Shown: positions 8,172 through 17,529 of the stretch, piece after piece
Position numbering within the stretch: the stretch's first letter is position 1
Layout: each line of letters begins with the position of its first letter
NCBI GenBank assembly: GCA_031459915.1
Contig: JAVKHO010000011.1
Coordinates: forward strand, 20,878-84,877
Length of the DNA: 64,000 bases
Reading direction: 5' to 3'
From: Candidatus Tepidifontimicrobium thermophilum
GTDB taxonomy: Bacteria; Sysuimicrobiota; Sysuimicrobiia; Sysuimicrobiales; Sysuimicrobiaceae
Notes under the pieces: generated by a model
Told to the model about the DNA's origin: nothing
Database searches by the model: none
The model's input: the letters and a program-made list of their open reading frames with translations, nothing else
Made by a program: the position numbers and the translations under genes

Positions 8172-9974
8172 GTGAACATTCAGAAAGGGGAAATCGACAC
8201 GTGGAAAAGCCAGCTCCGGGGGGAAGTCCTCCTCCCGGGGGAGGCGGGCTACGACGAGGCGCGCCGGATCTGGAACGCCATGATCGACCGCAGGCCCGCG
8301 CTCATCGCCCGCTGCACGTCGCCTGAAGATGTCGTCCAGGCCGTCAAGTTCGCGCGCCAGCACAATCTGCTCGTCTCCATCCGCGGTGGGGGCCACAACA
8401 TCGCGGGCAACGCGGTCTGTGACGGCGGGCTGGTGATCGACCTCTCGCTCATGAAGGGCATCCACGTGGACCCCGACGCCCGCCGGGCGACCGTGGAGCC
8501 CGGCTGCACCCTCGGGGACTTCGACTCCGCCGCCCAGGCCTACGGGCTTGCCACCCCGCTCGGGATCAACTCCACCACGGGCGTGGCCGGCCTCACCCTC
8601 GGAGGCGGCTTCGGCTGGCTGAGCCGGAAGTACGGGATGACCGTGGACAACCTCCTGTCCGCGGACGTGGTGCTGGCGGACGGCACGTCCACCCGGGCCA
8701 GCGAGACGCAGAATCCCGATCTGTTCTGGGCGCTGCGGGGCGGAGGCGGGAACTTCGGGATCGTGACCCGCTTCGAGTTCCAGCTGCATCCTGTGGGGCC
8801 CGAAGTCCTTTCCGGGCTCCTGGTCTTCCCCTTCCAGCAGGCACATTCCGTCCTCACCCAGTTCGCGCGGTTCACCGAGACCATGCCGGACGAACTCAAC
8901 GTCTGGATGGTCACCCGGAAGGCACCGCCGCTGCCCTTCCTGCCGCCCCAGGTTCACGGGCAGGAGATCGTGGCCCTGGCCCTCTGCTACGCGGGTGACC
9001 CTGCGGCGGGCGCGAAACTTATCGCGCCCCTACGCGGCTTCGGGACGCTCCTCGGCGAGCACGTCGGGGTGCAGCCGTACACCGCCTGGCAGCAGGCCTT
9101 CGACCCCCTGCTCACCCCTGGTGCCCGCAACTACTGGAAATCTCACAATTTTGCGCGCCTCAGCGAAGGCGTGATGGACGCCATCGTGGAGTACGCGGGG
9201 AAGCTCCCCTCCCCGCACTGCGAGATCTTCGTCGGCACCCTCGGCGGTCAGGCCGGCCGGGTCGCCCCTGGGGCCATGGCCTACTCCAGCCGCGATGCCA
9301 ACTACGTGCTGAACGTGCACGCCCGCTGGGAGTCGCCGGCCGACGATCAACGTTGCGTCACCTGGGCCCGCGCCTTCTTCGAAAGGTCCAAGCCCTTCGC
9401 CAGCGGCGGCGCGTACGTCAACTTCCTCACCCAGGACGAAGCAGACCGGGTCGCCTCCGCTTACGGGCCCACGTACCACCGCCTAGTCGAGCTCAAGAAG
9501 AAGTTCGACCCGACGAACTTCTTCCGGATGAACCAGAACATCGCCCCCGTTGTGAGTCCCAATCCCGGTCTTGAGGAGGCCCGGATGCTGACCGCAGACG
9601 AACGGACGATCCTGGAGCAGGTCGGGGCTTTCGTGAGAGCCTGGAACCAGGCAGACTCCGGGTCCCTGGCGGCCTTCTTCACCGACGACGCCGTCCGGGT
9701 GGACGGCTTTGGCGACGTGCAACACGGCCGCCAGGCGATCACCGACGGCTTCCGCCAGCTCTTCCACCGGATGCCCGGGGCCACCGTCCGGGTGGAGCAG
9801 GCCACCGTGCGTATGCTTTCCCCCGGCCTGGCGGTCTGGCAGGGCGGGTTCGAGATCCTCCGGCCCGACGCTGCTCCGCTGAAGGGCTACGTGGTCGAGG
9901 TTCTGAGAAAGGAAGGCGGCCGCTGGCTCGTCCTGGAGAGCCACCCCAAGCTGCTTCCCGAAAGTCGCCCGTAA
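8172..9974 (+). CDS. FAD-linked oxidoreductase (FAD_binding_4 + BBE) fused to C-terminal SgcJ/EcaC-like NTF2 domain
   Basis: RGGGHN, GLTLGGGFG, RGGGGNFGIVT, YVNF...KKKFDPTNFFRMNQNI; extra ~130 aa NTF2-like domain. Confidence 0.9.
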   Translation: MNIQKGEIDTWKSQLRGEVLLPGEAGYDEARRIWNAMIDRRPALIARCTSPEDVVQAVKFARQHNLLVSIRGGGHNIAGNAVCDGGLVIDLSLMKGIHVDPDARRATVEPGCTLGDFDSAAQAYGLATPLGINSTTGVAGLTLGGGFGWLSRKYGMTVDNLLSADVVLADGTSTRASETQNPDLFWALRGGGGNFGIVTRFEFQLHPVGPEVLSGLLVFPFQQAHSVLTQFARFTETMPDELNVWMVTRKAPPLPFLPPQVHGQEIVALALCYAGDPAAGAKLIAPLRGFGTLLGEHVGVQPYTAWQQAFDPLLTPGARNYWKSHNFARLSEGVMDAIVEYAGKLPSPHCEIFVGTLGGQAGRVAPGAMAYSSRDANYVLNVHARWESPADDQRCVTWARAFFERSKPFASGGAYVNFLTQDEADRVASAYGPTYHRLVELKKKFDPTNFFRMNQNIAPVVSPNPGLEEARMLTADERTILEQVGAFVRAWNQADSGSLAAFFTDDAVRVDGFGDVQHGRQAITDGFRQLFHRMPGATVRVEQATVRMLSPGLAVWQGGFEILRPDAAPLKGYVVEVLRKEGGRWLVLESHPKLLPESRP

Positions 9975-10006
9975 CAACCCGATCCTGGGAAGGAGGAGGT
10001 ATCGCC

Positions 10007-10423
10007 ATGTCGGACATGTCCGAAAAGAACATCGCCCTGGTCAAAGAAGGGTACGCGGCCTTCGCGCGAGGGGACATCCCCGCTCTCCTCGAGCTCCTCG
10101 CGGACGACGTGGAATTCGTCCTCCACTACCCGCAGAACCCCACCCTCGGCGGCCGGTACCGGGGCAGGGCCTCGGTCGCCGACTGGCTCCAGCGTCTCGA
10201 TCAAGAAGTCGAGGTGACCCTGTTCAGTCCGGACCAGTTCATCGCTTCCGGCGACCAAGTGGTGGTCCTCGGCCGCCAGGCTGGCCGGGTCAGGTCCACG
10301 GGGCGCCACGGCCAACTGGAGTGGGTGAACCTCTTCACGGTCCACAACGGCCGGGTCACCCGCTTCGAGGAGTTCTTGGACAGCTACGCCCTGGCACGGC
10401 TGTGGGAGCCCCAGGAAGCCTAG
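10007..10423 (+). CDS. SnoaL-like / NTF2 family protein
   Basis: YAAFARGDI..LLADDV, GRYRG, F+EFLDS; RBS GGAGGAGG. Confidence 0.9.
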   Translation: MSDMSEKNIALVKEGYAAFARGDIPALLELLADDVEFVLHYPQNPTLGGRYRGRASVADWLQRLDQEVEVTLFSPDQFIASGDQVVVLGRQAGRVRSTGRHGQLEWVNLFTVHNGRVTRFEEFLDSYALARLWEPQEA

Positions 10424-10465
10424 GGCCTCCGCGGCCGCCAGTTTCATCCAACAAGGAGGTGAGCC

Positions 10466-11095
10466 GTGAGTCAAGCAGCACCCCGCTGGGAGATCTCCGG
10501 CGAGTACTTCGAGAACTGTTCCTGTGACGTCGTCTGCCCCTGCGAGGTCTCGTCCCAGGGTCCTATGCAGGCTCGGCCGGACCAGGGCTACTGCAACGTA
10601 TACCTCGTCTTCCACGTGAACCACGGCCGCTACGGCGGGGTAGACCTGGCCGGTCTCAACGCCGTGCTGGCCGTCCACACGCCCGGCCCCATGGCCGAGG
10701 GCAACTGGACGGTGGCCGCCTACATCGACGCTCGGGCCTCCGCGGAACAGCAGCAAGCCCTGGGCGCGGTCTTTTCGGGCAGTGCCGGCGGCCCTCCCGC
10801 TGCCCTAGGCCCCCTCGTGGGTACGAACTTGGGCGCCAAGGTCGTGCCCATCGAGTACAGGGGCGCCGGCAAGAGGCGCAGCGCCCGCGTCGGCGACGTA
10901 CTGGACGCCGCGGTGGAAGCGGTGCCTGGCGGATTCGATCCCGACCGGGAGGTCGTCAAGCGGAACGCCCATCCGCTATTCCCGGAGGTCGTCCAGGCCT
11001 ACGGCGTCGTGAGCCGCTACACCGACCACGGCCTCCAGTGGGATCACACGGGCAAGAACGCGGATTACGCCACCTTCCGGTGGACGGGTCCGTGA
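10466..11095 (+). CDS. DUF1326 domain protein
   Basis: GEYFENCSCDVVCPC, PGPMAEGNW, IDARAS..Q..AL, FSG..GG. Confidence 0.88.
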   Translation: MSQAAPRWEISGEYFENCSCDVVCPCEVSSQGPMQARPDQGYCNVYLVFHVNHGRYGGVDLAGLNAVLAVHTPGPMAEGNWTVAAYIDARASAEQQQALGAVFSGSAGGPPAALGPLVGTNLGAKVVPIEYRGAGKRRSARVGDVLDAAVEAVPGGFDPDREVVKRNAHPLFPEVVQAYGVVSRYTDHGLQWDHTGKNADYATFRWTGP

Positions 11096-11805
11096 GGACG
11101 GGCTCCGCGCAACCCTCCCCGCAGGGCTACCATACGCCCCTGGCCCTCCTGCTCGGGCTGGCTGGAGCCGCCTGGGCGGTCAGCATCTGGCAGGCGGACA
11201 CCAGCCGCGAAATGCCGATGGGACCCGTGTCCTTCATGGCCACCTGGGCGACCATGATGGCCGCCATGATGTTCCCCTCTGCCGCACCCATGGTCCTCAC
11301 CTTCCGCCGCCTCCAGGCGGGCAGGCGGCAGCCCGGATCGCTCACGGCGTCCACCCTGGCGTTCGTAGCGGGATATCTGGCCGTCTGGACCGCCTTCGGC
11401 GTCCTGGCCCTGGCGGCCAGGACCCTCCTCGAGCCCGCAGGACTGATGCTGGCGGGGCGAACGGTCACCGGGGTACTGCTGGTCGTGGCGGGACTTTACC
11501 AGCTCTCGCCCTGGAAACACGCCTGCCTATCGAGCTGCCGTACGCCGCTTGGGTTCCTCCTGGGTTCCTGGCGGGACGGCGTCGGTGGATCCTTTCGGAT
11601 GGGACTCCAGCACGGCCTGTACTGCCTCGGCTGCTGCTGGCTTCTGTTCGCGCTCCTCCTCCCGCTCGGCCTCATGAACCTCGCCGCCATGGCCGCCCTG
11701 ACCCTCCTCGTCTCCGCGGAAAAACTGCTACCCCTCGGCGATCGGTTCGGCCGTGCGGTGGGGATCGGGCTTGCGGCCGCGGGGCTTATGGTGCTGGCGT
11801 TGTAG
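11092..11805 (+). CDS. DUF2182 metal-binding integral membrane protein
   Basis: WATMMAAMMFPS, YQLSPWKHACLSSCR, GLYCLGCCW, GLMN, EK. Confidence 0.9.
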   Translation: MRTGSAQPSPQGYHTPLALLLGLAGAAWAVSIWQADTSREMPMGPVSFMATWATMMAAMMFPSAAPMVLTFRRLQAGRRQPGSLTASTLAFVAGYLAVWTAFGVLALAARTLLEPAGLMLAGRTVTGVLLVVAGLYQLSPWKHACLSSCRTPLGFLLGSWRDGVGGSFRMGLQHGLYCLGCCWLLFALLLPLGLMNLAAMAALTLLVSAEKLLPLGDRFGRAVGIGLAAAGLMVLAL

Positions 11806-11834
11806 GCATTCCCAAAGTGGGACGGGGGTCGAAC

Positions 11835-12037
11835 GTGGCACAGATCGGACAGGAGATCGTAAACCCCGGACCGGGCAACGCGTCCGGTTCGTCGAAACCG
11901 CAAGTGCGTCTGCCGGTGCCCGGCTCGTTCTCGAGTGCGTGAGCCCGCCCAGTGCGGAACGAGAGCCCGAGCATGTGGACCCGTACCAGACCAACCGGTC
12001 CCAGGGTCACCGGCAAAACGCTATGCGGCCACCATGA
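11835..12037 (+). pseudogene. Frameshifted/truncated cupin-domain gene remnant
   Basis: VAQIGQEIVNP then shift in C-run near 11866 to RTGQRVRFVETA...LVLECVSPP...PEHVDPYQTNR; second cupin motif absent. Confidence 0.6.
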
Positions 12038-12082
12038 AGCTTTCTGACCGCGCGACACCATCCCCCACCAAGGAGGACAGCG

Positions 12083-12349
12083 ATGGCAATCCTCGTGATC
12101 ACTAGAGTCAAGGGGCAAACCGCACAGGGCTACGACCAAGTCTCGACCCTCCTGCACGACCTCGTTCGGAGCTCTCCCGGGTTCGTCTTACATTGCGCGT
12201 ACGAAGATGACGACTGGACCGTTATGGAAGTCTGGAACTCAAAGGCAGAAGCGGATCAGTTCTTCGCGAGAAACGTCGCCCCGAATCTTCCCAAAGGCGT
12301 TGTGCCAAAGCGCTCTTACAAGGAGTTGCACGCACTGGTGACACCGTAG
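12083..12349 (+). CDS. Small ABM-like (dimeric alpha-beta barrel) protein
   Basis: RBS AAGGAGG; PGFVLH...VMEVWNS..A..FF. Confidence 0.72.
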   Translation: MAILVITRVKGQTAQGYDQVSTLLHDLVRSSPGFVLHCAYEDDDWTVMEVWNSKAEADQFFARNVAPNLPKGVVPKRSYKELHALVTP

Positions 12350-12764
12350 GTGTGAACGCGGAGTTCGGACCGCAGTCACTGTTTCAAGCACTTGGGCTGG
12401 CCAGTGCGCGCGCGGGAGCAGCCCTTTGTGGGAGGTCCAACAATTCCAGCCCAACCCTGGCGCGCGCTCCTCACGGTCTTCCGTCCGGACGAGCAATGCG
12501 AGGGAGCCCTGCGAGAACCGGACAGAATCCACGTGAGGCCAGCGGTGTCCGCGGTCATCCGGCGCTACCGGTTCGACCCGACATCAAGCCCAGAGATCAG
12601 ACGCCAGCGTCCGTACCCCCCCACCAGGCGCAGAGCGGCACCCGCGGGGTCCAGGGCGGGCGAGCGCCAGCGGGAGCCTTGCGCCGACGCCCCGCACCGG
12701 GCCGCCGGGACCCGGAAGCTCAGGCCGTCGGGTGGCCGGTGGCCACCCTCAGGTGAGGGGCTCT

Positions 12765-13229
12765 TCAGCCCGGCATGCGCACACCGTGGTGGAGGAAGTG
12801 AGCCGCGAGCCGCACCTCCCACTCCTCCTCGGTACGGTCCGGGTCCGTGACCTCATCCCGGGAGGCGAGGAACGGCACCCGCAGCCTCCACGGCCCGGTG
12901 AGCTCCACTTCTAGTTCCTCCGCCCGCTCGTTCAGGACCACCTCGGCCCCCGGCGCGGTCCGGGCCGCCGCCCGGGAGGCGGCCTCGTGGAGCCGCCGCA
13001 CCGCAGCCCACGTGTGCACGGCTTCCTCTGCCCGCCACCGGGCCTCGTCCTCCGTCCTGCCCCTCACCCGTCTCGGCACCACGGGGACCCCCTGGCGGTC
13101 CACAATGGCCACCTCCCACCGTGCGGGCTCCTCCACGGGACCCCGGAAGCAGAACCGGTAAGGCATCCCGAAGACCTCGAAGGTCTCCTCCCACTCCCGG
13201 TACGGCCTCACCCGCTCCTCCGCTGCCAC
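12765..13229 (-). CDS. Hypothetical protein
   Basis: Glu/Arg-rich frame; GGGAGG before GTG 13229; TACGAT upstream. Confidence 0.6.
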   Translation of the reverse strand: MAAEERVRPYREWEETFEVFGMPYRFCFRGPVEEPARWEVAIVDRQGVPVVPRRVRGRTEDEARWRAEEAVHTWAAVRRLHEAASRAAARTAPGAEVVLNERAEELEVELTGPWRLRVPFLASRDEVTDPDRTEEEWEVRLAAHFLHHGVRMPG

Positions 13230-13378
13230 AACCTCCCAGGCATCGTACCGCAGTCGCCCCGGGACCCGCCAGGGAAGCTCTAGTTTGCACGGACGGGGCC
13301 GGCTAGAGGAGCCGCGGGGAGGTGCGCCGAACATCTACGTCGCGCTAAGACGAGAGACGGAGCGAGGGGGGAACAGCC

Positions 13379-14347
13379 ATGCGGGTCGCTCGGTGTGTGT
13401 GGTCGACGCTGCTCCTGGTGCTGGTCCTCGCCGCCGGCCTGTCGGCCGCGCCCACCGTCACGCGGATCTCCATCGCCACGGGGGGAACCGGCGGCGTGTA
13501 CTTCGTCCTGGGCGGCGGGCTGGCCCGGCTGATCTCGCAGCACATCCCTGGCGTGCAGGCCACCGCGGAGGTGACCTCCGCCTCCGTGGACAACATGCGT
13601 CTGATCGGCGCCAAACGCGCGGACATGGCCTTGACCCTGAACGACACCGCCTACGACGCGTGGAAGGGGCTGGCCGACTTCCGCGGCTCGCCCATCCCCA
13701 TCCGGGTCCTGGTACCCGTGTACGACAACTACAACCACCTGGTCACACTGGAGGGGACCGGGATCAACCGGGTGGCGGACCTGCGGGGCAAGCGGGTGTC
13801 CGTGGGCTCTCCCGGCAGCGGTACCGAGGTCACCGCCCTGCGGATCCTCCGGGCCGCCGGGATCGACCCGGACCGGGACATCCGGAAGGAGCGGCTGGGG
13901 GTCGCTCCGTCCGCGGATGCCCTGAAGGACCGGAAGATTGACGCGTTCTTCTGGAGCGGCGGCCTGCCCACCCCCGCGGTCTTGGACCTGGCCAGCACCC
14001 CCGGAATCCGCGCGAAGATCGTTCCCATGGATGACCTGGTGGAGCCCCTGCGGAAGGAGTTCGGGCCCCTGTACTTCCGCGCGGTGATCTCCCGGGTGGT
14101 CTATCCGGGCATGGACCAACCGGTACCCACCATCGGGGTCGCCAACCTGCTGGTGGTGCACCAGGACTTCCCGGAGGACCTGGCCTACCGAATCACGCGG
14201 CTGATCTTCGAGCGCAAGGCGGAGCTGGAGACGGTCCACGCAGAGGCCAAGAACATCACGCTGTTGCGGATTACCGGCCGGACTCCCATCCCCTTCCACC
14301 CCGGCGCGGCGCGGTACTACCGGGAGCGGGGGGTTCCGGGGTTCTGA
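13379..14347 (+). CDS. TAXI family TRAP transporter solute-binding subunit
   Basis: Signal peptide; IATGGTGGVY, SASVDN, GSPGSGTE, PFHPGA. Confidence 0.95.
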   Translation: MRVARCVWSTLLLVLVLAAGLSAAPTVTRISIATGGTGGVYFVLGGGLARLISQHIPGVQATAEVTSASVDNMRLIGAKRADMALTLNDTAYDAWKGLADFRGSPIPIRVLVPVYDNYNHLVTLEGTGINRVADLRGKRVSVGSPGSGTEVTALRILRAAGIDPDRDIRKERLGVAPSADALKDRKIDAFFWSGGLPTPAVLDLASTPGIRAKIVPMDDLVEPLRKEFGPLYFRAVISRVVYPGMDQPVPTIGVANLLVVHQDFPEDLAYRITRLIFERKAELETVHAEAKNITLLRITGRTPIPFHPGAARYYRERGVPGF

Positions 14348-14393
14348 GCCTGCAGGCTGCAGTTCAAGGCCCGCCGCCCGGTGGTCTAACCGC

Positions 14394-14903
14394 ATGAGGT
14401 GGGTGCCGGCGCGGGCTTTGTTTCTGCCCCTGGGTGGCGCGCTGGCCGCAGCCCTGTGGCCGGTGCGGGCCCTCGAGGTCGTAGACTTGGACCGGGACCG
14501 GCTGGTAGCCGTCTACCCGGCCGGGCCCTTCCAGCTCCGGTACCGGCACTCGGTGTACGGCGGCTTGGTGTGGGAGCAGTTCACCGTGGTGGGCACAGAG
14601 ATCCTCCTGGACTCGGTGGAAGCGGAGCAGGAAGCCGCCCTGGAATACTACGGGCTGCCGCAGCGCGTCACCCAGGCGGCCGGCCGATACCGCCTCTCTC
14701 CTGTGCACCAGCGGCTCGGTGAGCTGGTGGTACGGGCCACCGCCACCGGTCAGCGCACGCTGGTGGTCGGGCGCACCTCGCTGCCCCTGTACGGAGAGGG
14801 CCGGGAGGGGCACCGCGTGAGGCTCCGGGGGGTGCGTGTGCCGGCAGGGTGGCTGGCCTTGTCCACCGTGTGGAAGCAGATTCGGGAGAGGGTCAAGCCA
14901 TGA
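14394..14903 (+). CDS. DUF1850 domain protein
   Basis: F.L.YRHSVYG...WEQF; usual position between TAXI SBP and permease. Confidence 0.75.
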   Translation: MRWVPARALFLPLGGALAAALWPVRALEVVDLDRDRLVAVYPAGPFQLRYRHSVYGGLVWEQFTVVGTEILLDSVEAEQEAALEYYGLPQRVTQAAGRYRLSPVHQRLGELVVRATATGQRTLVVGRTSLPLYGEGREGHRVRLRGVRVPAGWLALSTVWKQIRERVKP

Positions 14904-17086
14904 AGGAGCCGGCGCAATCGGTTCCCGTCGAGGAACTCATCGAGCGCTTCGAGGGTGCCACACGCAAGCTCACCGGACCGGTCGGCTGGTTCGTCACCGC
15001 CCTGGCGGTAGTAGGCTCCCTGTACCACCTGTGGGCCGCCCAGGCGCCGTACATTCGCCAGATCCACCTCACGCGCCACCTGCTGCTGGTCCTAACCCTA
15101 ACCTTCCTCCTCTACCCCGGGTGGAAGGCGGCCATCCGACGCGTGCACGCGGTAGACCTGCTGCTCGTGTTGGCGTCGGTCCTCGGGTTGGGTTGGGTCT
15201 TCTGGGACTTCGAGCGTTTCGTGTACCGCCAGGTCGTGCCCAACACCTACGACCTCGTGTTCGGAATCCTGACCATCGCAGCGGTGCTGGAGGCCACCCG
15301 ACGCACGACCGGCTGGCCGCTCGTGCTCCTCGCCGTGGCCTTCGTGGGCTACGCGTTCCTGGGCCACCTCCTCCCGGAACCGTGGACCCACCGCGGTTAC
15401 GACCTGGACCGGATCATCGGGCACCTGTACGTGGGGCTGGAGGGGATCTTCGGCGTCCCCCTGGACGTGTCGGCCAGCTTCATCATCCTGTTCACCATCT
15501 ACGGCTCCTTCCTCGAGCAGTCGGGCGCAGGTAAGTACTTCGTGGACCTGGCCTTCGCCCTCGTGGGCCGCCGTCGGACGGGCGCAGGGCAGGCGGTCAC
15601 GGTGGCCTCGTTCCTCCTGGGTGGCCCCTCGGGGAGCGGGGTAGCCACCACCGTCACCGTGGGAGCCATCACCTACCCGCTGCTGCGGCGGTCCGGCTAT
15701 GACCCGGAGTCCGCCGGCGGGCTGCTCTCCGCCGGCGGGATCGGCGCCGTGATCTCCCCGCCCATTCTGGGAGCCGCGGCCTTCATCATCGCGGAGATCC
15801 TGAAGATCTCCTACCTTCAGGTACTGGTACTGGCCATCATTCCCACGCTCCTGTACTACTTCTCCATCTTCCTCATGATCGAGCTGGACGCCCGTCGGTT
15901 CCGGCTGCGCCAGGTGGAGATCCAGGCTGCGAACCCCTGGCGGCTGGTGGGACGGTACTGGTACCTGCTGGCGTCCCTGGTCATGATCCCCCTGTTCATG
16001 GTGCGCGGCTTCACGGCCATCTCCGCGGTGTTCTGGTCCACCGTGGTCGCCTGCGTGACCAGCTTCCTCCGCCCGGAGACGGCGCTGGCCAGCGTCCGGA
16101 GGGCTTCCGGCGGCGGATCATCTCCCCCGATCCTCCCGGCCCTGTTGGGCGCCCTGCTGGCCCTTCCGGTCGCTCCCGCACTGCGGGACCTGTTGGGGGT
16201 TCCCCTGTCCGGGGGAGCTGCCGCGTGCGTCCTGCTGGGCGCGCTCCTCGGGCTCCAGGCACGCAGGGCGTGGGCGGAACCGTACGCGGGCGAACCCCTG
16301 CGTCCTACCGAGCTCCTTCACTGGCGCCTGGGACCGTGGGAGGTAAGCGTCACCCCGCTGGTAGCGGCCCTGGCCAACGGGACGAAGCAGGTGCTGACGG
16401 TGGCGGTGACCTGCGCGGTGGCCGGCATCGTGGTGGGAGTCATCACCCTGACGGGCTTGGGGCTCAAGCTGTCCGGGATCATCGTGGACCTCGCGGGCCG
16501 CAACCTCCTCCTCACCCTGGCGTACTCGGGGGTCGCCCTGTGGATCCTCGGACTGGCGCTCCCCATCACCGCCACCTACATCATCGCCGCCGCGGTCATC
16601 GCACCAGCCCTCATCCAGCTCGGCGTCCACGAGCTGGCCGCGCATATGTTCATCTTCTACTACGCCATCCTGTCGGAGGTCTCCCCGCCCGTGGGCCTGA
16701 GCCCCCTGGCGGCTTCAGCCCTCACAGGCGGCAACGCCTTCCGCACCATGATGATGGCGTGGAAGTACACCCTGCCGGCGTTCGTCGTCCCCTTCATGTT
16801 CACGGTCCATCCCGACGGCATGGGCCTGTTGCTCCACGCCCCGGTGGACGTGGTGTTGAAGACCACCCTGACGGCGGCGGTGGGTCTGACCGCCCTGGCC
16901 GCGGGGATCAACGGCTGGCTGGTCCGGGAGGCCACGTGGGCCGAGCGTGCGATCCTGGTGGCGGCGGGGCTTCTGCTCATCTACCCCTCCCTGGCCCTGG
17001 ACCTCCTGGCCGCAGCCGCGGTGGGTGTCGTGTGGGTCCTTCAGTGGCTCACCCGGCCGCAGCCTGCGGCTGCGGAGGGGCCCTGA
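14900..17086 (+). CDS. TRAP transporter fused 4TM/12TM permease
   Basis: HRGYD, EGIFG, SGSGVA, PPILGAAAF, AHMFIFYY, SPPVG. Confidence 0.93.
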   Translation: MKEPAQSVPVEELIERFEGATRKLTGPVGWFVTALAVVGSLYHLWAAQAPYIRQIHLTRHLLLVLTLTFLLYPGWKAAIRRVHAVDLLLVLASVLGLGWVFWDFERFVYRQVVPNTYDLVFGILTIAAVLEATRRTTGWPLVLLAVAFVGYAFLGHLLPEPWTHRGYDLDRIIGHLYVGLEGIFGVPLDVSASFIILFTIYGSFLEQSGAGKYFVDLAFALVGRRRTGAGQAVTVASFLLGGPSGSGVATTVTVGAITYPLLRRSGYDPESAGGLLSAGGIGAVISPPILGAAAFIIAEILKISYLQVLVLAIIPTLLYYFSIFLMIELDARRFRLRQVEIQAANPWRLVGRYWYLLASLVMIPLFMVRGFTAISAVFWSTVVACVTSFLRPETALASVRRASGGGSSPPILPALLGALLALPVAPALRDLLGVPLSGGAAACVLLGALLGLQARRAWAEPYAGEPLRPTELLHWRLGPWEVSVTPLVAALANGTKQVLTVAVTCAVAGIVVGVITLTGLGLKLSGIIVDLAGRNLLLTLAYSGVALWILGLALPITATYIIAAAVIAPALIQLGVHELAAHMFIFYYAILSEVSPPVGLSPLAASALTGGNAFRTMMMAWKYTLPAFVVPFMFTVHPDGMGLLLHAPVDVVLKTTLTAAVGLTALAAGINGWLVREATWAERAILVAAGLLLIYPSLALDLLAAAAVGVVWVLQWLTRPQPAAAEGP

Positions 17087-17133
17087 AGGTCTGATGGGGA
17101 GCGGGTTCGGGTATAACAGATGAGGAGGCGGCC

Positions 17134-17418
17134 GTGGACCCGGACGAGTCCAACCCGGTGGCAGCTCTGGAGTCCGCGTCGGCTGCGGACGTCCTCAGCT
17201 GGTGCGTCATGCTGCTCGCGCACCAGGCGCGCGTGTACCTCGGCCTCATTCCGGGCAAAACCCAGGTGGACCTGGAGCAGGCGCGCCTAGTCATCGACGC
17301 GGCAGGGGCCCTCACGGACCTGCTGCAGAACCACCTCCAGGGGGACCGGCTCACCGAGCTGCTGATGCACGTGGCGGACCTGCGGCTGAACTACCTGGAA
17401 GCCACCCGCCGCCAGTAG
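17134..17418 (+). CDS. DUF1844 domain protein
   Basis: LAHQARVYLG...DLEQARLVID...DLRLNY. Confidence 0.8.
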   Translation: MDPDESNPVAALESASAADVLSWCVMLLAHQARVYLGLIPGKTQVDLEQARLVIDAAGALTDLLQNHLQGDRLTELLMHVADLRLNYLEATRRQ

Positions 17419-17529
17419 GGCCCGGTCTCCGGAAAGCGTAACGTCCAAGTCTCCGGCCTCCCGCGGGCGGTCCCGCCTCGCGTACCATGGGGAGGGCATC
17501 CGCCCGCAAAAACTACCCAGGAGGTCCCC

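Noticed and set aside
13286..13302. GG-N10-GC sigma54-like site on the minus strand
   Set aside because: Poor match outside the dinucleotides; a TACGAT -10 explains the downstream gene
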